The position numbers were made by a program, and so were the translations under genes. A stretch of 64,000 nt of DNA, from positions 21,454,001 to 21,518,000 of the forward strand of contig NC_058368.1 of NCBI RefSeq assembly GCF_018350175.1, in the 5' to 3' direction. Below the pieces are notes generated by a model. That model made no database searches and was not told the origin of the DNA. It saw only the letters and a program-made list of their open reading frames with translations. The first letter of the stretch is position 1, and each line of letters opens with the position of its first letter. Source of the stretch: Felis catus (Eukaryota). Of the stretch, positions 62,825-64,000 are shown piece after piece.

Positions 62825-63444
62825 CACATCCTACCATAAAGAAAGAAACATTTTACTCCAGTAATCCCCTCCATTCAGACTATCTACTAATCAGAAATTA
62901 TCTTTACAGGCATTAAAAATGATCTCTCACTGAAATAACCAGGCAAACAAAGGAAATAAGTGAGAAATTTGGGAAGGGAATGCACACCAAAGCAGATTTA
63001 ATCTGCTGGGACTAGAACACACTCCTTATTAGCAGGGCTCCCTGTACACAAGGCCTTTGTGTGGGCTTTCCAACAACAGTCTTTGGCTGAGATAGGGTTA
63101 GGTCTAGGACAACTGCAAGTTGAGCCAGCAGGACCCAACTGATTGTTTTAAAACAGAGAGCTGACTACTAGCTGTCAGAAACAAAGCTACTCAGTGTCTG
63201 AATAGAATGAGCTCTTTAGTCTGGGCCCACAATTATAAAATGGTATGCTATTCAAAAGAAAGAAGCACAGAAATACAAATTCAAGCATGCACTCTCGTGC
63301 AGGCTTTTATTAAAAACTAGCATATTTTTCTATTTCAAATGCAAGATTACAATTATTAAAATCCTAGGTAAAAGCATAAGGCAAGAGTTGCAATTAATTC
63401 TTCAGAAAATTAAAGGAGTTCTTTTTAAACCACCAGAACCATCT

Positions 63445-64000
63445 AGAGCATCAATTCTCAAAATGTAGACAGAAATCTGATGTCCCTAAGACTCCTTCAA
63501 GTCATTCATGAAGGTCAATACTTTATTCACAATAATATTGAGAACATATTTGCTTTGGGCACCATGTTGACAAATGCACCGTAAAAGCAATGGTGAGGAG
63601 ACACTGCTAAAGCCTCAGCAGGAATCAAACAAGGCAAAAGGTACAAGTTACTGAATCCTTCATTACCACACACCCACAGTCTAAGTGGGGGTAGCCAATT
63701 TCATTTAAGAATGTTCTTTATGAAGCAGCAACAATTATTCATTTTATTAAGTCTTGATCCTTGTGTATGTGCTTCTTTAATATTTTGGGTGACAAAATAG
63801 GAAGTAAAGAATTTCTGCTGCATCCAACAGATACTGTCTGAAGAAAAAGCAGTTAGTTACATGACTGAGTCACAATCTGAACCAGCTGGTTTTTTTGTGG
63901 AACACCATTTTTACTTGAAAGAATGAATGGCAAACTGGCTATTTAGACTTAGGTAAAAAAGCAGACATTTTCTTGAAAATGAACAAAATAAGCCCTTCAA
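63445..64000. mobile_element. hAT-Charlie1-like DNA transposon relic in a TRIM13 intron
   Basis: aggtcaatactttattcacaataatatt...tgttgacaaatgcac...aaaagcaatggtg... resembles the Charlie1 consensus. Confidence 0.7.

Noticed and set aside
62447..62864. + strand ORFs over TRIM13
   Set aside because: Antisense shadows with non-ATG starts.
1..64000. CRISPR arrays, prokaryotic systems, snoRNAs, additional miRNA hairpins
   Set aside because: Mammalian DNA with no repeat-spacer structure. I saw no convincing C/D or H/ACA box pairs or further miRNA hairpins by eye; an Infernal/Rfam scan would be needed to exclude them.

Overview
Mammalian genomic DNA, almost certainly a felid (dense tRNA-derived CanSINEs of the SINEC_Fc type). 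It is the orthologue of the human 13q14 CLL minimal deleted region. A CpG-island bidirectional promoter (~4.9-7.0 kb) drives lncRNA DLEU1 leftward (- strand, exon 1 at 5050-4665) and lncRNA DLEU2 rightward (+ strand, exons at 5237-5391, 11305-11399, 18870-18936, 26171-26253 and 29465-29580+). The miR-15a/miR-16-1 cluster (26638-26863) lies in the intron after DLEU2 exon 4. On the - strand are KCNRG (two coding exons, 273 aa) and the single coding exon of TRIM13 (407 aa). The rest is intronic sequence with about 36 CanSINEs, old L1/L2/MIR fragments, Tigger and Charlie DNA-transposon relics, and microsatellites. This is a well-studied locus and I found no wholly new system. The most interesting details are: small ORFs in spliced DLEU2, including a 48-codon frame that only forms when the miRNA intron is removed; a MIR-derived splice donor for DLEU1 exon 1; an AUG-UGA start-stop overlapping the TRIM13 start; a regenerated 5' splice site at the KCNRG junction; inverted SINE pairs; and a 15-kb SINE desert. 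All human comparisons are from memory and need confirming by alignment. Repeat boundaries are approximate.
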